DNA of 56,719 nt from a virus (taxonomy: Duplodnaviria > Caudoviricetes), in IMG/VR virus record IMGVR_UViG_3300024243_000022, positions 1 to 56,719 of that record. The stretch is one strand, 5' to 3'. This document shows, one piece after another, positions 18,309 to 27,611 of this stretch. A program made the position numbers and the translations under genes. The notes under the pieces were generated by a model that was given only the letters and a program-made list of their open reading frames with translations, ran no database searches and had not been told where the DNA came from. Within the stretch, counting starts at the first letter, position 1; each line of letters opens with the position of its first letter.

Positions 18309-19913
18309 TTATGCTTGTACTGCTTGTGAACGTTCCTGAGCTATTTGAGCGATAGCCAGTTTAATAATCTGGTCTTTCGTGTTCAAAGGCTCTCCTGACT
18401 CTTCTTTTGCAATAAGTTTTCTAAGCCAATTTTGTATTATAGCCATTCCGCCTTTTTTTAATTCTTCTGCTGTGCTTTGCACGGCAGCTTGTATTTTAGG
18501 CGACAACTGTTGCTGACCTGGCTGACTAGCAGTATTACCTTTTAAGATATTATCAAGCGCTCCGCCAGGTATAGTTTCAGAACTTATAGGGTTGTTTTGC
18601 TGTGTAGCTGGTCCAGTAGGTATTCCAGAAGAATGGAATTTATCAAGAACTGATTTAGCTTTAATTGAAGCTGGGACTGGGTCAGTTAAGTCTTGTATTG
18701 TTATGCCATCTACTGTCATTGTAGGCGCTGGAGCATTAGTAGGTATCGTGCCAGCGTCTGTAGGTACTGTCCCGCCTGCAAATGCAGGTATACCTGATGT
18801 GCTAGTAGGTGCTTGAGCATTAACTGTAGGTCTTATTGAAGATGGTATCGCACCTCCTGCACTAGCTGGTATACTTGATGTATCAATAGGTGTTTGTTTT
18901 ACGGGTGTATTTACTACATGACTTGGTAAAGCTTCTTTAGGAGCTTCTGACTGTGCTTGTATAAGTGCTAATTTCTTTGCAGAGTCTTTAGGAGTTAAAG
19001 TTGCAGGCGTATCACTTGGATTGTCACCTACTATTTTTGCCACATTTGGATTAGCCATTTTTAAAGCCATTAGTCGTACTGCAACTGGATCAGCTCCGAC
19101 TTTAAACCAATGTCCTTCATTTCCGTTTACTTTTTCTTGTTTACTTTTACCAAATGTTTTAAGACCCATAGATTTTAACATGGTTCTAAATTCTTTTATA
19201 TCACTTATTTTTGCGTCTTTAGGACTTAACGGAATATGTATTCTGTAAGAATTTGGACTACCAGCCATACCTGGTACAGTTTCTGTGGGCCAAATTACAC
19301 CAGTTGCTTTAGATACATAACCGTTAATCTCATTTATTCGGTTATTAATAACTGAAGTAGCGTACTCTAGTTGATCTTTATTAGACGCATTTAAAGGAGG
19401 CGGTGTTTCGCGTTCTTTTATTTGGGATAGTATATTTAACTTATCTAAATGTGCTTTTGATGCTGCTGTTTTATTAGCTGACTGAGTCTGCACATCTGTT
19501 AAGTATGTGGCTGGACTATTTGTTTTAAGTTTATCTGTATAGTTAGCTATGGCATCTACGTTACCTGTTCGTCTAGCCTCAGTAAGATTTGCCAAAGTCT
19601 TAGTTGTTTTATTTGCATTCACACGTGACTGACCCTCAAACATATCTCTACCGACTGCCATAGCTGTCTTAACTGCTGCCATTACAACAGGTGCAGGATA
19701 CCCTTTACTTTGTAGCGCTTGCAGTACCTTACTCATAACATCTGAGTTAGTTTTTTCTTCATCTGACAAGCCACCTAGCATCTGCAACACATCTTGAGCT
19801 GCAGCTGTTACTTGATCACGTAGTGTACTAGCTTCTCTTCTATCAGCAAAATTTGCCATTGTAGTAGCAAAACTCGATGCGTTAGTGGATGATTGTGGAC
19901 TAAAAAATGCCAT
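18309..19913 (-). CDS. putative internal virion/DNA ejection protein
   Basis: 534 aa, A/Q/T/P-rich; position typical of podovirus ejection genes. Confidence 0.6.
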   Translation of the reverse strand: MAFFSPQSSTNASSFATTMANFADRREASTLRDQVTAAAQDVLQMLGGLSDEEKTNSDVMSKVLQALQSKGYPAPVVMAAVKTAMAVGRDMFEGQSRVNANKTTKTLANLTEARRTGNVDAIANYTDKLKTNSPATYLTDVQTQSANKTAASKAHLDKLNILSQIKERETPPPLNASNKDQLEYATSVINNRINEINGYVSKATGVIWPTETVPGMAGSPNSYRIHIPLSPKDAKISDIKEFRTMLKSMGLKTFGKSKQEKVNGNEGHWFKVGADPVAVRLMALKMANPNVAKIVGDNPSDTPATLTPKDSAKKLALIQAQSEAPKEALPSHVVNTPVKQTPIDTSSIPASAGGAIPSSIRPTVNAQAPTSTSGIPAFAGGTVPTDAGTIPTNAPAPTMTVDGITIQDLTDPVPASIKAKSVLDKFHSSGIPTGPATQQNNPISSETIPGGALDNILKGNTASQPGQQQLSPKIQAAVQSTAEELKKGGMAIIQNWLRKLIAKEESGEPLNTKDQIIKLAIAQIAQERSQAVQA

Positions 19914-21366
19914 ATTTTGTCTCCTTGTCTAATCCTGTAATAGCGCCCCATAGGTCAACTAAGCCAGTGCTTGCTTTACCCAGAGATAATATATTGTCAA
20001 ATAATCCTGGTTTGTTTGCATCTATTTTTACATTCGCAATGTCTACGTCCTTGTCGATGCCGTACTTCTTGAGTGCAAGTTCTATATTGCCCAAGTTAAG
20101 TGTTTCATCCCGCACACCAGTTGCTCCTAGCAGAGCTAAGTACTGTAGTATGCCTTTAGCAGGTGAACGGTCACTCACAGTTGCGTACTTCTTATCTTCT
20201 GCATTGATTGAGTTGGTCATCTGATTGGCAGCCAGAAGAGCTTGAAGTGCCCCTTCGTCTTTCTTGAACTTAGGAATGTATGAGTAGTCTTTGCCACCTA
20301 TGTTTACGGTAGTAGGAGTATACGCACCTGTGCCAGTAGCTAAGTTCTTTTCAAGGCCTTGTAGAACTGCGTTGTTCTTATTCGTAGCTGTGTCAATTGC
20401 AGTGCCGTAACCCTCAGCTTCTGTCTTCTTGAAGTTCGCATCATTCTTAATTGCTTCTTCTGCTTCAGCAGTAAACTTATCTATATAAGTATCCCACATA
20501 GACATTGGATCACTTGGGTCACTTGTTGTGCCTGTTGTATCAGCTGTCACGAGATTTCCGTCCTTATCCAAAGATAGCTTACCTAAGGTGTCTAACCCTC
20601 CTGGTGTATTTGTGTTCAGTCCGTTATTTTTTGATACTCTTGAATTGTTAAGGTAGTCTTTAAGCCATTTGGGAGTACCAACCTCTCTTGCTTTATCCCA
20701 GGCCCCTGAACCTGTGTTCCAGTTTTGAACAAGGGTATCTACTTGTTGGTTGTAATCTTGGAGGTCTTTACCACCAGCAGGAGGAGGCCCCATCACTACT
20801 TGAGCCATGATCTTGTCAGCCTCTTTCTGTGGCAGCGTTCCATCTAAGGCACTCTGAATTTTTGCGTCATTCAAAACAGACTTCATGTATGTTAATTTAT
20901 CTGGTCGACTGTCTTGATCTAACGCACTCCACGCAGCACTTACCTCAGCAAGAATCTCATTGCCAGTCTTTTCACCATAGTTAGCAAGTATAGCGTCATT
21001 TGCTGCTTTAATAGTCTTCATGTTATTAAAACTATCAATTAGTAATGAAAGCTTACTTAAGCCCCACTTAGCAGATTTCTTAAACATCTTTTTACCAAGA
21101 CTAGATAGAAGTGCTAGCTGAGCTTCAATAGCTTGGTTCTTCTCAAAGTCATTGATATATTTAGCAGCTGCATTTGGGTCACCTTCAAACGCTGGAACAC
21201 TTCCCATAATACTAGCCATCTGAGACGCTCCAAAGCCAACAGGAGGACCACTACCAGAGCCACCTCCAACGTTGCCACCATCTGACGCACCGCCTTGAGG
21301 ACCGTCAACTCCAGGGCCATAAGAGTTAATCAGCCAATGGAGTTTCTTTGAGTTATTAAAAATCAT
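19900..21366 (-). CDS. putative internal virion/DNA ejection protein
   Basis: 488 aa, Gly-rich N-terminus, helical; synteny. Confidence 0.6.
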   Translation of the reverse strand: MIFNNSKKLHWLINSYGPGVDGPQGGASDGGNVGGGSGSGPPVGFGASQMASIMGSVPAFEGDPNAAAKYINDFEKNQAIEAQLALLSSLGKKMFKKSAKWGLSKLSLLIDSFNNMKTIKAANDAILANYGEKTGNEILAEVSAAWSALDQDSRPDKLTYMKSVLNDAKIQSALDGTLPQKEADKIMAQVVMGPPPAGGKDLQDYNQQVDTLVQNWNTGSGAWDKAREVGTPKWLKDYLNNSRVSKNNGLNTNTPGGLDTLGKLSLDKDGNLVTADTTGTTSDPSDPMSMWDTYIDKFTAEAEEAIKNDANFKKTEAEGYGTAIDTATNKNNAVLQGLEKNLATGTGAYTPTTVNIGGKDYSYIPKFKKDEGALQALLAANQMTNSINAEDKKYATVSDRSPAKGILQYLALLGATGVRDETLNLGNIELALKKYGIDKDVDIANVKIDANKPGLFDNILSLGKASTGLVDLWGAITGLDKETKYGIF

Positions 21367-21378
21367 ACGATGCTCCTT

Positions 21379-22461
21379 TTAATTTCCGTAAATATCTTTT
21401 GATAAAGCTGTTAGCATTAATTCTAAAGGTAGTAAAAATTGTGTAGCAGTCTGTGCGTTTGTATTGAGTGCCTGTGACATAAGTTCTGGAATCTTCATCT
21501 TCAGTTCTGCGCCTTTCATGACCGCATCACTTGACTTGCTTGCTACGTCAGTTGCTATCTTACTCAAAGCTGAACTCATAGTGTCTGATGTTATACTAGA
21601 CTTGAGCATATTCTTGGTTGCCATTTCATCAAGCACACTCTGACTGACACCCTTGATCATGTTACGACCTTCTGATCGCGCACCTTGTTGTGCTGCAGCG
21701 ATGTACTTATCTATATCGTCATTTAGACCAGTTATTTTAGTTTGTAAAGCTGTGTTAAGAGCTGAGTTATCAAACGTATTACTATCGATATAGCCTTGTA
21801 TTTGTTCTATAATTCCTGCGAATGGTGACTGTTGTCCGGTGTTGGGGTCTACTCCTGGATCGGGCCCTGGTGAAGGCTTCCCTGGGTCAAGGTGTATTTT
21901 CATGTTAGCCTTTAAAGTATCATATGGTATACCTGTAAGGTTCGCCATGTCGATATAAGATGCACCTGTTGTGTTCATATACGCAGAAATAAACTCATTT
22001 TTATCGGGAGCCGCATCATAAAGTTTTGTGAACCCTGCCTGGTCATTGGTGAAAAATTCAGTGCCTTGCTGAGTTGTTGTGTTGCCACCTGACACTCGGT
22101 TCACTGCATTAATCAAGTCCTGTTTAGAGGCTCCGTATGTGCCTAAGTCTTGGTAAACTTGAGTAGGAGTGGCAGTTTTAATATAGTCTGATACATCGTT
22201 TTCAGTGCCTGACCATGTGCCTATTGTTACAGGTTTTGATGGTTCAGGTGCTTTTGGCAACACACCATAATCTATAAAGGAATCCGCTTGAGATGCTGTA
22301 TAATCAGAACCAGGGTTAAGGTCATTTATAATATTCGACAATGTAGCACCTGATACACCGTATTTAATTGCATCACTTCTAATTTGGCCCGGTGTATTTC
22401 CAGCGAAATAAGACTTTAAATCGTCTGCTGTATAGTCCGTCCCACCTATATTATATGCCAT
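21379..22461 (-). CDS. putative internal virion/pilot protein with two ~70-aa N-terminal repeats
   Basis: IGGTDYTADDLKSYF...KYGVS vs IGTWSGTENDVSDYI...TYGAS; helical C-terminus. Confidence 0.6.
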   Translation of the reverse strand: MAYNIGGTDYTADDLKSYFAGNTPGQIRSDAIKYGVSGATLSNIINDLNPGSDYTASQADSFIDYGVLPKAPEPSKPVTIGTWSGTENDVSDYIKTATPTQVYQDLGTYGASKQDLINAVNRVSGGNTTTQQGTEFFTNDQAGFTKLYDAAPDKNEFISAYMNTTGASYIDMANLTGIPYDTLKANMKIHLDPGKPSPGPDPGVDPNTGQQSPFAGIIEQIQGYIDSNTFDNSALNTALQTKITGLNDDIDKYIAAAQQGARSEGRNMIKGVSQSVLDEMATKNMLKSSITSDTMSSALSKIATDVASKSSDAVMKGAELKMKIPELMSQALNTNAQTATQFLLPLELMLTALSKDIYGN

Positions 22462-22681
22462 TTTACCCTTTCTCCTACATTACTATATTAATTATATCCA
22501 TTCTATCCACGTCACCAATTATAGGAAGATTAACAAGGTCTCCATAATCCCATTTGATTGCTGTATTTTGGCTGTCCCTGAATCTTATAACCTTTTCTCC
22601 GTCTGGTTTTACACAAACTGCAATCCTGAAAGAGTGACCGCAACTGCGTATCGCTGTAAGCTTTTCCGTTTAATAAGTAAC

Positions 22682-23044
22682 TCACAATGTTCTCCTTGTG
22701 TTTTGGTGCACTTGTATATGAAAATGTAAAACTCCGGTTTTTGTTTTATGTAATAAAGCTACTCTCATAGTTGGTCTCTCATAGTCATATACCCAGTTAT
22801 CGTTAATCCAACGCTCTATTTCTTTTGGTTCTAAATAAACCCATTCTGTTAAGTCTATCGCTCTTACTGGTCGTACGCCGTGTAGATCGTTTCTGTGCAT
22901 CTTTGGTCTGTATGACTCTGACATTCTGAGTCCAAACTTATCAGCTATAGCGCATATAATATTAACCAAAAGAGGCTCATAATTATACTCCATTAGACCA
23001 CGTAGAACACTAGTATCTTTTATTACTATTTTGCCTGGTTTCAT
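22682..23044 (-). CDS. M15-family Zn peptidase (endolysin candidate)
   Basis: SYR...LHGVRPVRAIDL...HFHIQV fits the H-x-D...H Hedgehog/DD-peptidase pattern. Confidence 0.7.
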   Translation of the reverse strand: MKPGKIVIKDTSVLRGLMEYNYEPLLVNIICAIADKFGLRMSESYRPKMHRNDLHGVRPVRAIDLTEWVYLEPKEIERWINDNWVYDYERPTMRVALLHKTKTGVLHFHIQVHQNTRRTL

Positions 23045-23138
23045 ATACCCAAAATATAACTAAAATGTTTCCCCATACTAGTAAGCATACCACTAGAGCT
23101 CCGATCGTTATTGCAATACAGCCAATGAGCTGTTCCAT
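23010..23138 (-). CDS. small single-TM protein (42 aa), holin-like candidate
   Basis: Read manually: MEQLIGCIAITIGALVVCLLVWGNILVIFWVYETRQNSNKRY; starts right after the upstream stop and lies next to the peptidase. Confidence 0.5.
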   Translation of the reverse strand: MEQLIGCIAITIGALVVCLLVWGNILVIFWVYETRQNSNKRY

Positions 23139-23885
23139 TCATACTGTCATCCTTAAAATTCTTATTTCATCATATTTGGAATAAGGTGGTTTATCTCCAT
23201 ATTTCCAAACAAAAGTTTCCACCTGTGGATCGTACATCCATAGATCCATGTTGTCATCAAGGATATGAGTGATTGCGTGTTTAATTATATCCTGCCCTTC
23301 ATACCTTAATATTACATCAGACCTTTTGCCAAAGACCAGATTGCCGTAGTTCCACCTTGACAACCATCCAGTTGTTTCATTAACAAAGTCATCGCAGTCG
23401 TGGGATTCTTCAATATATAATCGTCTGTCTGCTGGATTGGCAACACAAACAGGTTTAATCATCTCTGGTTTTATCAACCTAAAAATCATATCATCTTCGT
23501 AAATATCAAAGGGATGAATACCTGTGAGTGTTCTTATCCTTTGCCTTGCTTCATAAACTGATATTTCTCTCATTTCACCAAGATCAGGTACAGGAGGATT
23601 TAAAATATCTGCGTAACCTTGAGCTTTAAACATTGACCAATCCCCTGCAAGCCACGCCACTAATTCATCCCCTGTTATCAACCCCATCGGATTAAGTATC
23701 TCAGCAATTAAAATATCAGGATGGATTGAAGGCTTCGGGCATTTCTCTTTAACAGCGATAGAAACCATCTGAAGCTGTACGCTGTCTGGCTGACCGAAAC
23801 AAGCTATGCAATCTGCGTATAGACGTTCGTATTGAGTAAAATGGTAATATCCGCCTTCTATGAGATAGTCTTTAATTGTTTTCAT
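23139..23885 (-). CDS. protein with C-terminal papain/transglutaminase-like (MOA agglutinin C-terminal-like) Cys peptidase domain
   Basis: DCDDF ... HA ... YDPQ putative Cys-His-Asp triad. Confidence 0.7.
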   Translation of the reverse strand: MKTIKDYLIEGGYYHFTQYERLYADCIACFGQPDSVQLQMVSIAVKEKCPKPSIHPDILIAEILNPMGLITGDELVAWLAGDWSMFKAQGYADILNPPVPDLGEMREISVYEARQRIRTLTGIHPFDIYEDDMIFRLIKPEMIKPVCVANPADRRLYIEESHDCDDFVNETTGWLSRWNYGNLVFGKRSDVILRYEGQDIIKHAITHILDDNMDLWMYDPQVETFVWKYGDKPPYSKYDEIRILRMTV

Positions 23886-23943
23886 TGCTGCCCACCTGTG
23901 CCGTTGCTGTAGTATTGTATTAGTGCTTGTTTAATGTCCATTG

Positions 23944-26289
23944 TTACTCCGCATATATGTTGTCGAGATAATAGTCTAAGGCAAACGAAAAAGTGTCTGA
24001 ACCTTGATTGCCAGAGTCTATCCCGTTCAAAGTCCAATCATTAGCATTTCCGCTTACGTCATTTCCCATATCACCAGATGCTGCAAAATCGACATGAAAA
24101 CCGTTTGTGCCGTATGTCCCAGAGAAAGTCTTTGGAATCAGAACACCACCCTTAGTTTCTGTAAAAGATGCTGGTGTAAGAGCGTACCCATCAATAAAAT
24201 AAATATCTGCTATTGCCCCCGTCATCGGAATTAAGCCTGAGTTATATGCCCCTATACCATGAAGTGCGGCACTATTAAATCCAGGCTCTGCATTTTGAAC
24301 TGGAGTTATAGACGTAGTAAGTGCTTGATCCGCTGCGTTAACATATATTTTCATACGGTCAGCAGATGTTGCATTTGCTGAATCGTATACAAGCGTTATA
24401 TGATACCATGTACTTGTTGTATTAAAAGCATTATCCGTGGTAACATTCCCCTTTGCAACACCGCTTGAGTTCATTTCCCAGGTAAATTTGCCTGTTGTAT
24501 GCCAGTAAACATCATCGTGGTTAGTTCCATCAATAGCGTTAAAAACATCTGTTATCGTTGAAAAATCAGTGCTATATACCCACGCACTAAATGTCCATAG
24601 TTTCTGGTTTCCGCTTCCTGGGGTTTGGGTTAAATATTCATCTGTTCCATTTAAAGTACAAGTGTCCATAGTTGGGCCTGTGTCTACAACCTTCGCCTGA
24701 ATCTGGTCAATAGCATCCTTATCCGCATCAGCAACCCCTGAGATATCCCACGAGTCTGTTTGGTATGTGTCTGCTGAGGTTATGTCTATTGTGTGGGTTG
24801 TGAAAGGGTCTTTATACAGTGTTGCCGATTCAGCATCTGATATTATTTTATCAAAATATCGAACTTGATCTATTTCGCCATTAAAAAAATGAGAGCCATT
24901 AAATGAGCCGATCCGTGTATATTGACCATTTGTCCACGCAACACTTGCTTGCCCTGATATCTCAGTTTTAACTCCGTTCATTATTGTCTTTATACTGCCA
25001 GAAGAATAATCATAAGATATAGTTACAAAATTCCATGCATCTATTGTATAATCATTTGTAGTTAATTCTGCGTATGTCGCACCCGCACCTACGATACCGG
25101 CATAACATTGTAATTTATAATTACCAGTTGTGTTATTCATACCAATTGAAAAAGTATACGGTGGAACGTGCTCAGTTGAAATTAAAGATTCTATTTCAGC
25201 ATTAGGTTTGAACCACATTGAAATCGTAAAATCTGTAAAGGCTTGGAGAGTGGATTCTTGTGTAGTAGATGTACTACCATTAAAAACAGCACATTGATTA
25301 TATACCCCATCTGTGTATGTAATGTCTGTAGGAGTAGCATCGTTATTGCCACTTTCATCTGTTGCATCATTATTAAATAAATATAGGGCTTTACAAGAAC
25401 TATCAGAAAATATGTCAAGTGTTGTTTCATCTGAGTACTCATTCCTGATATTAAACTCCAAATTACTACCAGTGCCAGTTGACCGGGCATCGAGCTTGAT
25501 TGTGTTCTTGCCTGTGAGATCGAGAATATCCCCGCCTGTTAAGGTCTTGGTAACTGTTTCGTTAAGGCTGTCTGTTGTCGCTGAGAGTTTAAGTGCGTAA
25601 TCGCCTTGGGTTTTTATTGTGGATTCGGAGAATGAGTTTAGGGCTGTGGTTTGGAGTTCTATGTGTCTAACCCCTTGAAATTGGACACCTCCATAATTAT
25701 CAGCAAACTTAAATGCGTAATATCTATAAGCTGTTGAATTTGTAAAAGTTATGTACTTTGGATCAGCTACGTTGGATGCTGTATGTTGGTCAAAAGTAGA
25801 TTGCGAAAGTCCGGTAATTTGAGTCCAGTTAGTGTCTGTGGCATATGTTAATTCAGCAAAAGCTGCCGCATTATCTGATCCCCATAAAGTAAAATTCTGG
25901 ACACCGTTTGTCGTGCTGTTGCCGGAATCGTGACTATTTTCATAATAAACTCTATTAATTATTTTGCTTGACCCTAAATCAATATGGAATCTCTGATTTG
26001 TTATCTCGTCATCACTCAACCAGTTTGTATCAGTATCGCTCCCAGTTAAAGATGCAGTAGGGTCTGTCGCAGCCCACGGTGGTGTAGCAGCACTATTATA
26101 GGTTGTAGCTTTAACATAAGTAGTGCTTTGTGCAGTAGGAAACTGCCCCGTATAAGCCGTTGCAGACGTAACATAAGCACTCTGAGCAGCACCGTCTGTG
26201 GCGTACTCCATGTAGTCTATTTCGAGGGCAGCAGGACTTGAACCTCTGATAAAGGCAAGAACTCTTTTATGAGCTAATTGAATAGTCAT
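23944..26289 (-). CDS. tail/receptor-binding protein with discoidin-like and two LamG-like domains
   Basis: GGAGG SD before ATG 26289; HIDLG...YRYY discoidin pattern; FTISMWF...FNGEIDQVRYF and WTFSAWV...TWYHITL LamG patterns. Confidence 0.8.
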   Translation of the reverse strand: MTIQLAHKRVLAFIRGSSPAALEIDYMEYATDGAAQSAYVTSATAYTGQFPTAQSTTYVKATTYNSAATPPWAATDPTASLTGSDTDTNWLSDDEITNQRFHIDLGSSKIINRVYYENSHDSGNSTTNGVQNFTLWGSDNAAAFAELTYATDTNWTQITGLSQSTFDQHTASNVADPKYITFTNSTAYRYYAFKFADNYGGVQFQGVRHIELQTTALNSFSESTIKTQGDYALKLSATTDSLNETVTKTLTGGDILDLTGKNTIKLDARSTGTGSNLEFNIRNEYSDETTLDIFSDSSCKALYLFNNDATDESGNNDATPTDITYTDGVYNQCAVFNGSTSTTQESTLQAFTDFTISMWFKPNAEIESLISTEHVPPYTFSIGMNNTTGNYKLQCYAGIVGAGATYAELTTNDYTIDAWNFVTISYDYSSGSIKTIMNGVKTEISGQASVAWTNGQYTRIGSFNGSHFFNGEIDQVRYFDKIISDAESATLYKDPFTTHTIDITSADTYQTDSWDISGVADADKDAIDQIQAKVVDTGPTMDTCTLNGTDEYLTQTPGSGNQKLWTFSAWVYSTDFSTITDVFNAIDGTNHDDVYWHTTGKFTWEMNSSGVAKGNVTTDNAFNTTSTWYHITLVYDSANATSADRMKIYVNAADQALTTSITPVQNAEPGFNSAALHGIGAYNSGLIPMTGAIADIYFIDGYALTPASFTETKGGVLIPKTFSGTYGTNGFHVDFAASGDMGNDVSGNANDWTLNGIDSGNQGSDTFSFALDYYLDNIYAE

Positions 26290-26290
26290 G

Positions 26291-27610
26291 TTAAACCTCC
26301 GGTGTCCAACCATTAGTTGTGATAAGCCAATCGTCTGCTGTGTAGTATTGAAAGACCGCTATATCTCCAGCGGTTGACAAGTTCGTAAGGTTCTTACCTT
26401 CAGCGTTTGTTGTGCCGTCCATTAGATAACCATCATTGGCATTTGTATCTACGATAACCTCTATTGCTCCGAGTGTTATAATGGTGAAGTTCATTCCTGC
26501 TACCATTAGCGGGAGTTGACAAGTGCCGGTTACGTTGCAAATGAACGTACCACCGTAAAGATTAGCTCCGGTAAAGTTTGCTGCGAAATTTGCTGCTGAG
26601 TCTGTAACCGGAGTAAGACTTGGTAAAGCTCCCGCACTTGTAAGTCCTGTTAATGATGTAATGTCACTATTAGCACCATCTGAAGCAGCATTGGCAACTT
26701 TGGCCAAGGGTATACCATCGTTGTCAAGACCTGTCATTGAGGTGATGCTAGAGTTAACTGGACTTATACTTGCCACTGCAGCGTCTGCTAATACTACATC
26801 TGCGTTAGTTGTTACTACATCTGCGTTAGTTAGTACTACATCTGCTGCTGTATCTATAGCGTCTTGTGCTGTAGTTGCTGCGTCTGCGGCAGTATCTATG
26901 GCGTCTTGTGTCGTTGTCACTACATCTGCATTTGTTGATACTACATCTGCGTTAGTCAGTACAACATCAGCATTTGTTAGAACTAAATCTGCTGCTGTCG
27001 CGATTTCATCAAGTGCTGTTGCAGCAGCGTCTGCTGTAGTTGTTACTACGTCTGCATTCGTTAGTACAACATCAGCGTTAGTTGATACTACATCAGCATT
27101 TGTTGACACCACGTCTGCAGCTGTTGCAGTTGCATCTGCGTCAGTTAGTATCTCATCTGCTGCAGCCGCAGCTGCAGACACAGCAGCAGCAGCAGCAGAT
27201 GCAGCAGCAGCAGTAGTATATGAAGATACGCTACTCATGAGTATAAACTGAGTATTGGCTAAATCATAGCTCAACATAGCTAAACCAGCTGCAGGTAAGT
27301 CACCAGCAGCTAAAGCTGTACCGTCTGGTTGAACAATTGACTTAACACCAATAGAATCTATATTTATAGTACTAGCACCAGTATTTGCGTCTGTAACACG
27401 CATCAAGACGGGCAAACCATCTGTGTATGAAGTAATTGTATTTGTCATTGCCAGAGTATACGCATCAGCTGCACCGCCAGTATCTACGATTCCATAGTTC
27501 TCAAACTTAGCAGCAAGGCCAAACAATTCTGTCATATCGGCTTGTAATCTTGTTATGAGAATCGTTCCCATAGTGTCTGATGTTGCATAAGTATCTTGTG
27601 ACACACTCAT
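26291..27610 (-). CDS. tail fibre protein with heptad-repeat coiled-coil stalk
   Basis: N-terminal TGGAADAYTL...NTGASTINI fibre-anchor pattern; ADVV[LST]TN repeats; NSDITSLTGL repeats. Confidence 0.8.
   Translation of the reverse strand: MSVSQDTYATSDTMGTILITRLQADMTELFGLAAKFENYGIVDTGGAADAYTLAMTNTITSYTDGLPVLMRVTDANTGASTINIDSIGVKSIVQPDGTALAAGDLPAAGLAMLSYDLANTQFILMSSVSSYTTAAAASAAAAAVSAAAAAADEILTDADATATAADVVSTNADVVSTNADVVLTNADVVTTTADAAATALDEIATAADLVLTNADVVLTNADVVSTNADVVTTTQDAIDTAADAATTAQDAIDTAADVVLTNADVVTTNADVVLADAAVASISPVNSSITSMTGLDNDGIPLAKVANAASDGANSDITSLTGLTSAGALPSLTPVTDSAANFAANFTGANLYGGTFICNVTGTCQLPLMVAGMNFTIITLGAIEVIVDTNANDGYLMDGTTNAEGKNLTNLSTAGDIAVFQYYTADDWLITTNGWTPEV
26780..27120 (-). repeat. 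degenerate 21-bp (7-aa ADVVxTN) tandem repeats in the fibre gene
   Basis: Multiple ADVVSTN/ADVVLTN/ADVVTTT units in the translation. Confidence 0.85.
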
Positions 27611-27611
27611 A

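Noticed and set aside
22530-22685. 51-aa GTG-start ORF whose N-terminus resembles that of 21379..22461
   Set aside because: The similarity covers only ~18 residues and the rest looks non-coding; insufficient support.
26661-27251. Long antisense ORFs here and at 15297..16187, 30272..30688 and 50252..50839
   Set aside because: Shadow ORFs produced by low-complexity coding sequence on the opposite strand.
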